In this document: positions 1 to 11,244 of the stretch, piece by piece | Layout: each line of letters starts with the position of its first letter | Numbering within the stretch: position 1 is the stretch's first letter | NCBI RefSeq assembly: GCF_001194135.2 | Contig: NC_068992.1 | Coordinates: forward strand, 32,676,912 to 32,711,214 | Reading direction: 5' to 3' | DNA length: 34,303 bases | Origin: Octopus bimaculoides | Taxonomy: Eukaryota | Translations under genes and position numbers: made by a program | The notes under the pieces: generated by a model | What the model was told of the DNA's origin: nothing | Database searches by the model: none | Seen by the model: only the letters and a program-made list of their open reading frames with translations

Positions 1-32
<32 letters not shown>
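1..32. repeat. (TA)n microsatellite
   Basis: Pure TA dinucleotide run at the window start. Confidence 0.95.
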
Positions 33-40
<8 letters not shown>

Positions 41-1866
41 CGCATATTCTATTTAAGTATTTCTCTTTCGGAATATATCCCACTGGTTCATTTCTCAGCA
101 TAACAGAGAAAATGATAGAGGAAAATGTGATGGAATTGCAGGTGAATAAGAAAAAGTTTCAGAATAGAATTCAAAATGAGAAACAGAATGTGTAAGAGGT
201 TGCTGCATAATATTGACAATTAGAAAAGATATATGAAAAAATATATTAAGATATAAAGCCCTATATATACTTAGTTAAACAGTAATTTAATTTTTCTCTG
301 TATATCTCATTAATTTTTTTATAAGTTTGTACCTTTTCTTTCAGAATAAAAACGAAAATGTATCTTGCATAATTATGTAAGACATTTCGTCAATTTTTTA
401 GGTTTATATAATCCGTGCTTTTAAATTTGCTCAAAATTTTGGAAGCCACACAAGACTGTCTTTAACTGAATACTTCAATATATAATTACGCATACATTAA
501 AGGATTTACAATATAGTCCTCAATTTAATTTCTTTCAAGAACTCCAAACAATTAACTTTGAAGGCAATGATAGAATTCTCACTACTATCTGAGATTTTAT
601 AAGAAATTTTATAAGAAATGGAGACCATATTCTTTACTATGGATTCCTTGTTGCGATAGTTAGGTTGAGCTTTTAGAGTTCGAAATTCATTATGCCACAT
701 TATGGAAACAATGATTAAGGAATAGTAAATTTTCCTTGAATTATGAATGAGGAAATATGTGACAGAGGTGCTGGAAATGTGGTCGGATCATCGGTTCAAA
801 TCAAAAGACAAACACTGTGTTGTGCGCGCAAGGAAAATCAAAATAATCTGAATTTTTTCTTACCCCAGATTTCCTTTGTTATATGTCGTATGTAAGGAAT
901 ATTTTCCGAACTTGGGAGAATATAAAGCACCGAATCGGCATATAACACGGGCTTAATATCATTCATAGTGAAAAGTTACTAATATTCTTTTCTTCCTCCT
1001 TATAACAACTCTCTGTACATTTTAGCGCCGCAATTAATGGGGACAGAGCTATACAAATACAAAATGTGTTTGAAACAAATCTACTTGGAGTATTCACGTT
1101 TTTATTAGAAATCTGACCTAATCTAAAATAGATTACATGTTAATTGGCACTATATTGGTTTTCCAGTTTAGCATGTCGCTTTCTATGAAGGATATAAGGA
1201 TATTAATTGTCTCAGCGATTGTGGGGTGCAGTATATTGCCATAGAGGATTTTAAAGTCTATACCATGAGCTTTTGTATGTGTTACGATAGCCTCCTTATG
1301 TCGTCTTGTATAGCAGTAGCCATTCTTTACAGAAGATTTCTTTTTATATATATATAGTTATTCATTATAGTTACGCTGTTCTTTTCATATAAGCCCTTTC
1401 CGTCCTTCATGTAGAAGTTTATTCCAGTTGAGGTAATTATATATCTTATTGCTTACTGTCGAAATTAGGAGTCAGATACGTGTTCAAAATGTATGCGTTT
1501 ATGTTGCAGCTTTAAGGTTATTCATTTAGTTCTCATTGCACCTATAACCTAGATACCAAATGCCATCCTGAGTTGATTTTATGTACAGAAAACTCGAGGA
1601 TCACCATCAGCGTGTCAAATAAAGACATCTCAATCAAAGATACAGTAATTATACATATCAAAAAAGAATATAATGGCTAAAAACCATGCAACAAGAAAAC
1701 TCAACAAAACAACAAATAATAGGTGCATTATCAATGGAGATTTCAAATAGCAAGCGCACACCTGCTCTGCACCGAAAGAAATGCATCACAAGGTATGTTT
1801 CTCACATTTAACATGAGATCATATTTTAGACCCTAAACGTATCAGATCTCTAATAATCTTAGGTGA

Positions 1867-2112
1867 GTGCCAAACGTATGCACTAATCTCACATCTCCTA
1901 TTATGAATTCACTCATTAACACACTCCAAAGTATCTTTCACAGAAATATTGCATCAATTTACTTCTATTTATACATCTTACACAGCTGCTCCTTCTCATC
2001 AGATATACTTCTGATTAGACACTTTCGAATTATACATCTCTCCTCCGCTCGTCACTCATATCGCGTGTATATCCCAATACTTCGCAATAATGTCACACCT
2101 CGTCCTTACTAA
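1867..2112 (+). mobile_element. Highly degenerate C-terminal remnant of a CR1-like LINE ORF2
   Basis: Translation LQSIFHRNIASIYFYLYILHSCS...HLSSARHSYRVYIPILR resembles the post-RT CR1 pattern L(Q)PLSHRRNVASL..FY.Y....CSS...TR.S...HPY.V.IP. A nearby CIINGDF (about 1725-1745) resembles the APE GDFN motif. Recognition by eye only. Confidence 0.35.
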
Positions 2113-3029
2113 ATAATATTAGATGTTTGAAATTATTTTCTTGTGCAATTTTCTATTAATTTGAAAATGTTCAAAATAAAAGTCAACTATTTTAATTTAG
2201 ACTACACACTACGAAAAAAAACAATAATAAAAAGTATCGATGATAAAATAATCTACTTAGTGGAGAAAAAATTGCTGGGTAGATTAAGTATTGAACCTAT
2301 TCGTCCACGTGACTTTTTATTGATTTAAACGTGCATCAACCCCATAACTACCCTGATGAATCAGCCCAATGATCAATGTTATTCAAGTCATGATTATCTT
2401 CTGCAATGCTTGACTTAACTTTGAAGGCAAGTCATGTGACCATACAGATGCTCGTTGACGAATAATTTATGCAGTAAATGAAGACATTTTATTTAAGATT
2501 GCACTTTTAGAGATAAGATTAATCATAATCAAAATGATTAATCCGTGAAAATGAAGAAAATGACTAATATAGTGTTACATATTTTACCTTTAGTAGTCTT
2601 CTTAGACCGCTTTAATGAATAATAGACTGAGATTCATTTCGATATTTCCCCAAAGTATATTTTTATAATTTCGCATTTAGAAAATATAAGATTACATAAT
2701 ACATTTATTTTTTAATAGTTAAAATATATTGCTTTGCTACATCAAGCATCGTCGTACCAGTAATTCTATACAACAGACATACAACATATCGTAGTAGATT
2801 ATAAAACCACAGCGTGCTTCTTTTACACACTCACACACACGCGCGCAAGCACATATAACTGTGTGTGTATGTCTGCCATAATGTGGCGTGATAATATTTT
2901 CTAAAACTCTGCCGTTCATCTCCATATCTACTCTAAATAGGTTTTTACATTTATCTGGGGAAATTGGAGATGTAACTGAATTTTTAAAGAAGTGTATATC
3001 AGAAATAACTTCGTACTAGAAAGGATGAG

Positions 3030-3290
3030 ACGATTCATGAAACTTTAATTTGAGAATAGTGCTCAAGAGCATTGTTGAAAAGGCTTCCAGCTCCTTGAAC
3101 CTGGGTGGAAATCTTTTAAATATGATACTGTCTCAATGGCACGGCGTAGGTGAAAATTGTTTGATCGTAGAAAAACACGCCCCATTTGCAACTTATAACA
3201 CCGACCAATTTCTGAAGGAGCTTGTTTGTGTTGCGCTTGTTAGACAGCGTGTGTATGTTTCTCGTAAAGTATCCGATGTCATATAACTTC
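3030..3290 (-). mobile_element. Possible decayed Ingi/Vingi-like LINE RT fragment
   Basis: Minus frame reads KRNTNKLLQKLVGVISCKWG...SLFNNALEH, similar to the Ingi/Vingi motif K.RNNLLQKLAG..WGA...LNNA.R. Contains a stop. Confidence 0.25.
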
Positions 3291-3302
3291 ATATTCAGAA
3301 AC

Positions 3303-3339
3303 AGAATATAAAACTAGAATATAAAACAGAATATAAAAC
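3303..3339. repeat. Short tandem repeat, AGAATATAAAAC x3
   Basis: Three exact copies, with a single T between copies 1 and 2. Confidence 0.85.
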
Positions 3340-3983
3340 AAGTCTTTAGAGAATATGTATAAGTGCACAATTCAAGAAGCAGCTATAACACAGAATTATA
3401 GTAATGCCGTATGTGCCAAAAGAAGCGTGAAACATCAGCAACACGTAAGTCTGTAACAAAATCAGACACTATATATATGCGATAGAACTGGAATGTTTTT
3501 ATACCGCCAGTCAATATATTACTACTTGTAACAAATAACTGATCAAAATAATGTCTACGACTATGCAGCCTCACTTTCCGAGTTCAGGAAACGCTTGTTT
3601 CGCGTGAACTTTTTAAACTAATTTTGTTCTCCACCAACTGGAATATTTATCTTATCGTTCACAGGCTGTCCTGACACCCGCCTGTAAAGTATAAAACCTA
3701 GTAAAGGCTGCCAGTTGGAGGATCTCCGATCTCCTCCAGTAAAGATATTGTTTAATTCAATGTGTTCCCTACTTATTACACGGCTTTGGGAACTACATTG
3801 CTGAGACTCACAACCAAGCACCTACAAGTGCAGGAATGTCACTTGGTTTCCTTTCATTTGTCATTGTGAAAATCTGTATGATAGGACCATCCCTAAATTT
3901 AAGGATAAATGTTTTCCTAGAAAACATCGATATATATATACACACATATATATAAATATGCATGTGTGTGTGTATAAGCATGT

Positions 3984-4284
3984 ATGCGGAGTTTTCAGTC
4001 TATAGGTGTACGTAGAGAGGGTGTATAAGAACAACTCTTCGCTAAATCCCCTTTCTCGATGAAGGGGGATATGGGCGTTAGAAACAGTAGATGTATATTC
4101 CAGAAAGCGGTATATAGAATTAATAACAAAGATAAGATTATTGAATTATAGTGTGATGAGTGTGCGAGCATCTGAAGTCAGTAACATGTAAATTATAAAG
4201 GTCAGGGATGGATCCTACACATTTAGCGAAGCGTTGTTCTTATACACCCTCTCTATGTACACCTATAGACTGGAACCTCTGCAT
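3984..4284. mobile_element. MITE-like element with 64-bp terminal inverted repeats
   Basis: 3984-4047 matches the reverse complement of 4221-4284 at 59/64 positions. The 173-bp spacer is non-coding, and TGT lies directly on both sides (possible 3-bp TSD). Confidence 0.7.
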
Positions 4285-4764
4285 TGTCTTAATGATAACG
4301 TATAAACTGCCCAGCTACGGACAACCAAGCATCTTAAATGCGTTTGCCGGTGGTGCAACATCAATACCTACATTGAAAACCTTCAACTAATACAACCCGA
4401 AATCACGTTCCCACATAACAGAAAACGTCTACCGACTGCATCATCCTTAATTATTGTGGCACCTGTTATAGAAATTACAATGACCCTCACTAGCCAATCA
4501 CTTTAATAAACATTCTGAGTGTATTACTATGATATAGCTAAATTAATTTGCTTGGAGTGAGATAATTAAGAGAACAAAGCGGGTTAAAAGGTACGACAAA
4601 GGCCGTAGATGAGGGGAAAATAGATGTTCTGTATAGCTGGAATGACAGACATCTTTATTAGATCGAAGAACTTACACAGCTCTTCTAAATTCGAGATTCT
4701 AAATTCGAGCTGTATGCATCTCGACAAATTTCATTTATCGACTGCAAGAGTATCTTCTCTACTC

Positions 4765-4949
4765 TGGGCACGAGGTCCGATATTTTCAGGAAGGGGGCCA
4801 GTCGATTAGATCGACCCCCGTATGCAACATGTATTTGATTTATCAACCCCGAAAGGATGAAAAGTGGAATTTGAATTCAGAACGTAGTGGTAGACGAAGT
4901 ATCGCTAAGCATTTCGCCCGGCGTGCTAACAATTCTGGCAGATCGCCGC
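4765..4949 (-). mobile_element. tRNA-derived SINE, family A
   Basis: Minus strand has degenerate pol III A/B boxes (TGCCAGAATTGTT; GAATTCAAATTCC) and a central TTTCATCCTTTCGGGGTTGATAA motif. Collinear with the copy at 15511-15724; has a short internal deletion relative to that copy. Confidence 0.85.
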
Positions 4950-5280
4950 AAGACTATCTCCAGCCTTTTAACATTCAAACAATTCTGCCATTATTGCTTT
5001 TTGATATCTTCTACATGACACTTGCCATCTAGCTATAGCATATTATTCGCTCAACATTAACATTATTCTTTATTTACAGATTAAAGTGATATATCGTTGC
5101 TTGTAAGAACAATATTTCATTTACTCTAAAATGTTTCTTTACAAATTTTCTTTATTTTCTCACATTAGTTCACAATTATTCTTGCACAATTTCTTATAAG
5201 TCTTCATTCCAATAGTGCACTTTAAACAAAATTAAGGGCTTGGAACTTGAAGTAGTTCGTTCATAAATCGTTCCCTTATA

Positions 5281-5430
5281 TGTATGTGTATACTTTCGTG
5301 TTTGTGTGTATGTTAGTGTGTTTGTGTATGTGTGTGTGTGTGTGTTTTTCTGTGTGTGTGTGTCTGTGTGTGTGTGTGTGTGTATGTGTGTGTGGGTGTG
5401 TGTATACATAAATACGTGCATATATATATA
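5281..5430. repeat. Compound (TG)n/(TA)n microsatellite
   Basis: Interrupted TG and TA runs. Confidence 0.9.
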
Positions 5431-7064
5431 CGTAGACACAGAGTTACGTTTAGATTTGACTATATTTCACTGAAGAAGTTCATTGTGACCAAAATATATC
5501 CAATAATCTACATCTGGTAAAACTGAAACTCGCCCACTTCTACAATCCGTGTTCAATTGATTTTAGTTAAGTATGAGTTAGGAGATTCCTAAATTTAAGA
5601 ATTGTCTATTCAGATAATGAATGTGCTCATCAGTAAAAGAGTTAATTGTATCTTTATTATAGTTACGCCCACATTATTCCATTTAACATTGTATGAATTT
5701 ACATAGCTATTGTAGCCAAATAATTTGAAATAATCTCTGATAACCATATTTAGCCCAACTCAGGAGAACATGTCATTTTCATCTTTTTCGGACCTTGGGT
5801 GTTGAGTAGCAAGCCGACCTATGAAAATTTCTTTCGGGTTTAAAATATATGCAACAATACCTCGTTCTCGTATGTACACAAAGATTAATAATCTTTTGGC
5901 CACATTTAATAATGTCATGTTGAAAAGTGTTTCTTTTAGGTGTCGATATATCTATGTTTCATGTTAAGAGTTGTAATACATACACTTGAAGACACATTCA
6001 TAAATGTTATTGCTGAAGGAGTGGTAAATATTACTACTGAGAATTAACTGAAAACGCCGAAAGTATAAGCCCTCAAGAAATAGACATGCAGACACCTCGT
6101 CATTGAAAACAGCATTTATTATCAAGCAAATGAAATTTTTAAGGAACTGTGTGAGATTTCTACGAATATTTCCTTCATTTTATTTAGTAATTATCAGAAA
6201 TCTTCTTTTAATTTTACATTAATGAAAGGTCTCAACAAATACGGCTTTGTGAAAGGAATAGTTATTCATAATACATATATTTCTAGAACAAAAATAATAG
6301 AAAATCACTTTAGATGTAAATTATGTTGTAGGCTTTCTTCTTTGTCACATTTGTTTTAAAAATGTATATTTGCATACACAAGTCACAAAATATTGTAATT
6401 TTTATAAACAGAGTTAGAAATATTTATATTCCTTCTATCTAATATAATGTTATACATAGAAACATAGAAAAAAAAAATCAATTTATTTTCTCCCATTATT
6501 ATGAAATGTTTTGAGATTTTGAAAGCACAATTTCTCAGAAATTATGCACATCTATCTTTTCATTTTAATTTTATTATCAATGATTTCATATCTATTTACA
6601 ATTTCCATTGATATTTAAGATGTATTCTTCTGATTTGAATAACGTCATTGTTAAACTGAAGTATATTGTTGGCACACATTCATTTTAAATCGCTGAAAGA
6701 ATTTTCAAAGCAATCATAACTGCATATTTCTTATAATACATTTCGCTTTCTTCAACTGGAAACATTAAAAAAATATTCTATCAATATAATTTACTATGTC
6801 ATTTTAATATATATAATATTATTATTCATCTAATTTGCAATTACATTCTACTTAATTTTAGATATATTAAACTTTCGTTATATTATTCTAAAAGAACATG
6901 AAAGTAAAAATATATTCCATTATTCCATTAGAATGACTTAATATCTATGTGTAAGTAATGAATACTTAATCAAGAATTAAAGAAATATATAGCTATCTCC
7001 CATTATGCACAGGACATTAAAAAAGAATCCCTCACTCTTTATAATTTATCAGTGGGAAAATGTA

Positions 7065-7065
7065 A

Positions 7066-7127
<62 letters not shown>

Positions 7128-7232
7128 ATATGTATATGTCTGTGTTTGTGTCAACATATATATATATACATATACACGTACATATGAGCATACACTCACC
7201 CGCATATACGTACACACACACTAACATATATA
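7065..7232. repeat. Compound (TA)n(TG)n microsatellite
   Basis: Direct inspection; explains the overlapping YI/CV/HT ORFs. Confidence 0.9.
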
Positions 7233-8920
7233 AATATATTCACAAATGGATCTATTTATAAAGATTGCATTATAAGGTTGCTTATATAAGCGTGCAATAG
7301 ATAAACAGTAAGTAGTGTTCGGAGAAATCCAACTTTTAAACTTTAACTTCTTCATCAGGGTTAGATAACTCGGAGTTTAGAATGCCAGCCACGAGAACGA
7401 TCATCATTCAGCGGTATAGAAGTAGAAAGACAAACATACAATAACAGACGAAAAGAACGCGTTTACATGAACAGTTGCCTAAGCAATTTACATGATAAAA
7501 TTATTTCTTATCCTAACAGCTGTTTAGGTAACTGATGACTGGTTGATATCTAAATGCATTACTGTAGATATATAAAAAAAAGAAAGCAATGCAACGGTAT
7601 CAATTAGCTCTATGTAGTAAAATAGCAATATCTCCATCAGAAGAATCGGGCAAATAAATTTAGTTATTGTTAATAAAAATTATAAATTCTACTAACGAGA
7701 AGCACAGATAAACATGAAAGCTGAGTTTATAGATAAGTGCACAGAGCTGTGAAAATCAGAACTGGTTGACACTTTTTCTTTGCTTTATGTATAACTACAG
7801 TATTAACTAAGTTTTGGATTCGTTGCTTAATATGCATGATTATATCGCCCATCCACTAGTGAGGTAAATTGTAGGTGCATGTAAATTGTAAATGTAACTT
7901 ACCTTATGAGTGTATACCTTATACCTATATTTTACGTATATGCGTGTGAGCGCGTGTTTGTGTATGTTCCTACAATAGTAATTCATATATAAAAAGGCTA
8001 TATTCACTGCAGTTTTCCATAAAGAAAATTCTCTGTTTAGGCAACAAGTATTAAAGTATCAACAGTCAATTTGGAATGACCCTGTGGGCTGAGTATTGCA
8101 TTTCAAGTTCTATAGCTATATTCAGCACTAGGTACCAAGCGAGATGAGTCTGAAATTAGTTTGGAAATCAAAGATTCCATATATAAATCAGTAGAAAGAA
8201 TCCACTGTGTATGTGCTCAAACAAATTATGTAGTAGGCTCGGAAAGCAATGTTGGGAAATAAACATATATTTAGACCAGTTGAAATATAGTTGTAATATA
8301 CGTGACTTATAAAAAAGGAGATTTTCATTGCGGTTTGCCTGCGTAAAATATTTTCAGTTTAGGCAACTACTGATAAAATACCAACAACGCCACCTGTGAC
8401 CTTACTGCTTGCAGCGTATACCAAGCAGTATGATCCGAAAATGATGAGGAGATCATGGCTTTTAATGTTCGGGGGGTGTATACGTTCGACGTTTCTATGG
8501 AGATCTACAAAGGTTGGCCCCTAAAAAGAGACGACGGCCTGCCAATCTCAAGTCATATGAATACGCACGCCTGATAAAAATATTCAATAAATCAAGCCAG
8601 TCGATAAAAGTTTCCACCAACTTGACCACAGCCAACAAGGGCCGCCATCCACTGCAATGAAGCGTTAGGGGAGAGTGGATTTTCTGGGAAGTAAGCATAT
8701 ATGCAGTAACCCAACCCCCACCTCTATACTCGAAGAGGACCAGAAAGCGGAACATAATTTAGTTCAATCCTTCATTTACCCGAAAGGTTTCCCCCCATGT
8801 GGCTAGAAATTTTCTGTCATTGGTTGAGAAATATTTCCCCATGGAGCATAAATAGTATACGTACATTCCCATGTGCATCAATCATCCATATACATACATA
8901 GGAATCAGACACTCTTATCC

Positions 8921-8952
8921 ACACAAACACACACACACACACACACACACAC

Positions 8953-8992
<40 letters not shown>

Positions 8993-9005
8993 GTATATAT
9001 GTATG
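8921..9005. repeat. (CA)n(TA)n(TATG)n microsatellite
   Basis: Direct inspection. Confidence 0.9.
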
Positions 9006-10414
9006 TAAATGACTGTGTCTATGTGATCGCGTGCTTGTGTATTTATATATTTCTGTCATTCAGTATAAACACAGTGACGCTTTTCTACGATTCTATTTCC
9101 TGCTACGAAATTGTTTTGAAATAGAAACACATGCACACAACTGTATATGCATATATATTTTTCAACCATGTATGATATTCACTTGTCCATTTTAGTGTAT
9201 TTCTCTAACGTCCTTGTTTTCCGAGAAAAACATCAGATAATATTAACTTATTTCTAAAACTCTTATTAGATCTCTTTAGAAAGTGTGATAATCTACCTCA
9301 TCATTTAGGTTCATCTCATCTCCTTTACTTCGGTGCGGAACTTAAAATAGAGAAATATTCTTTCATAAAACTACTTTTTGTGAAAATGTGTTATATTGAA
9401 CTTGTAGCTGAGAAATGAAATGCACAGTTGTTCTTGGCTTAGTTCATAAAGCGAGGAGCCTAATAATGCAAGATATTTTTTACCAACTCTATTCCGACTC
9501 ACTCAAGCAAACATTGAGTGAATAAGGATGCTTTATTTTCATTCGACTCATCATTGTTTGAGTTCTACTACATGTTATTTTAGTAGAGTTAGATTTTAAA
9601 TGCGTCAAAGCAGTAAACATCACGCAATATTTCCGAAAGAAGATATCTAGGATTATCTGTGACAGTAAAGTGTAATTTTACAGAGAGTTGGACGTTATTT
9701 TTTGAGTCAGCAACAACGCACATGCTACGTGAATTAATTGTCCTCATGATAATTAACGTAAAGGAGTGTTTAGTGTTATTTGTTGTGTCACTATAGCAAA
9801 TTACATTCACAATGTATAGTCATGACCAGATTTTTCTGCAATAGATATGCATAATTATAATATATTAGCCAATGGACGTTTTCATTCTTAAAATGATGTT
9901 ATTTGAATGCATCCTCGCTGTTATATTTAACAGGAAAATTGATTATGTAGAGGCTCCCTCTTTGCCTTTGTTTAAGCTAGTGAAGATGGATGTGTTGGTT
10001 TTGTTGTTGGCAGTGCACTTCGCTTTACGTTTCTTTTGTGCCAGAGTAATAATGCAACATTTAATATGGTTGCGATATATGCTACCGAAGATGCAAATAA
10101 TTTAACCAGCGTTTTATATTTACTCCTTTGTTCGGAAAGAGGAAGGTTATAACGATCTCTGTACGAAGCTCATCTTACTACTCCCATTGTTGGTACAGTT
10201 ATGTTTGTTTATGACGACTTGTCGACTAGTAAACAGACACGTATATTCTCCAGAGAAGGGAATTCAATATAGAAAACTACTGAGGATGTCTTGGAAAGTG
10301 TAAAAATTAATTCATAAGAATCGTTTTGCGTTACAGGTAAATATATATTTTTTCCAAACATAGCGGAGCTGTGCTGAAACTTTTCCCTTGAGTAAAAGTT
10401 AAAACATTAGCACT

Positions 10415-10444
10415 GATGATGATGATCATCATGAAGATGATGAA

Positions 10445-10508
<64 letters not shown>
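10415..10508. repeat. (GAT)n trinucleotide microsatellite
   Basis: Long GAT run with a few GAA/CAT interruptions. Confidence 0.95.
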
Positions 10509-10510
<2 letters not shown>

Positions 10511-10637
10511 AATAACGGCAGAGCTGTCAAAAATGATCACGACGACGATATTAAGGAAATGATCATCATTGTAACGTTAATAATAACTGTAAGGATGTTG
10601 ATGGCAATGATGAGAATCTGTGGTTGTGACAGAGATC

Positions 10638-10664
10638 GTGGTGGTGGTGGTGGTGGTGGTGGTG
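10638..10664. repeat. (GGT)n microsatellite
   Basis: Direct inspection. Confidence 0.9.
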
Positions 10665-10932
10665 CTGACTGTCGACCTTCTGTTTGTTGTCGTTCGAGCG
10701 TTTAATGATTACTTGAATGGTATTAATCAGGATGGAGTATACGGCGAAGAATGACAGTGGTGATGCTACTTCGGATGATAAGAATGAAGAAAACAATATA
10801 AATGGAGATGTTGAATAGGTTTATAAGAAAGATGAGGACATGGAAGGGAGAGGAAAAATAAAATAATCATCATGGATTTAATAGAGCTTTCTTCAATAGT
10901 TTTTTTTTCCATTATGAACAATATATTATATA

Positions 10933-11105
10933 ATACAGTTCTATATTTAAGAGATGAGGAATTATGTATATAATTTGCATTATTTACATTTGTTCCCATC
11001 TTGTTTGTTGTAAACACAACGCTTCGACTGATATACACTCCAGTCTTCATCAGGTGTCTTGGGGAAATTTCGAACTTGGGTTCTCATTCTCAAGGTATTT
11101 TTCGA

Positions 11106-11142
<37 letters not shown>

Positions 11143-11244
11143 ATTGTTGTTGTGGTGGTTGTTGTTATTCAGGTAACTACCTGGAATCGAACTCGAAATC
11201 TTGGGGTTAGTAGCCCTCGCTCTTAAGCACTACGCCATATCCCC
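10933..11244 (-). mobile_element. tRNA-derived SINE, family C, with internal (AAT)n tract and hammerhead-like tail
   Basis: Minus strand: A box TGGCGTAGTGC (11237-11227), anticodon-like arm GAGGG-CTACTAA-CCCCA, B box GAGTTCGATTCC (11194-11183), then (AAC/AAT)n, then a unique tail containing CTGATGA...GAAGCGTT. Confidence 0.8.
11012..11060 (-). ncRNA. Minimal type I hammerhead ribozyme motif (A15.1>G variant) in the SINE tail
   Basis: AGACAC-CUGAUGA-A-GACUG(GAGUGUAUAU)CAGUC-GAA-GCGU-U-GUGUUU. Stem I has 6 bp (one G.U), stem II has 5 bp, and stem III is reduced to a near-palindrome. Confidence 0.6.

Noticed and set aside
500-960. Stop-riddled + frame with ISLLWIP and QRCWKCG, reminiscent of LINE RNase H or a gag-like zinc knuckle
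   Set aside because: The motifs are short, incomplete and in an order that fits no single element; chance is plausible.
1020-1580. Possible I-clade LINE C-terminal remnant on the minus strand (GAMRT, RRHKEAIVT)
   Set aside because: No contiguous alignment could be made by eye, and there are many stops.
1829-1868. Candidate micro-exon ending at a strong donor (TTAG/GTGAGT); similar isolated splice-like sites at about 345, 5080, 16473 and 32141
   Set aside because: No recognisable protein and no chain of compatible exons; such sites are frequent by chance.
2353-2380. CTGATGA-ATCA-loop-TGATC-AATGTT hammerhead-like string
   Set aside because: GAAA box and stem I are absent; too degenerate to call.
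7315-7358. Minus-strand CTGATGA...CTCC-GAAC motif
   Set aside because: Stem II is mismatched, GAAA is incomplete and there is no stem I; at best a very old remnant.
9930-10160. Frame with DGCVGFVVGSAL...FNMVAIYAT resembling an L1/Tx1 APE endonuclease
   Set aside because: Only two weak motif matches, with no GDFN or downstream support.
11160-11244. Functional tRNA gene
   Set aside because: No complete acceptor stem, and it is embedded in a SINE body; treated as a SINE head.
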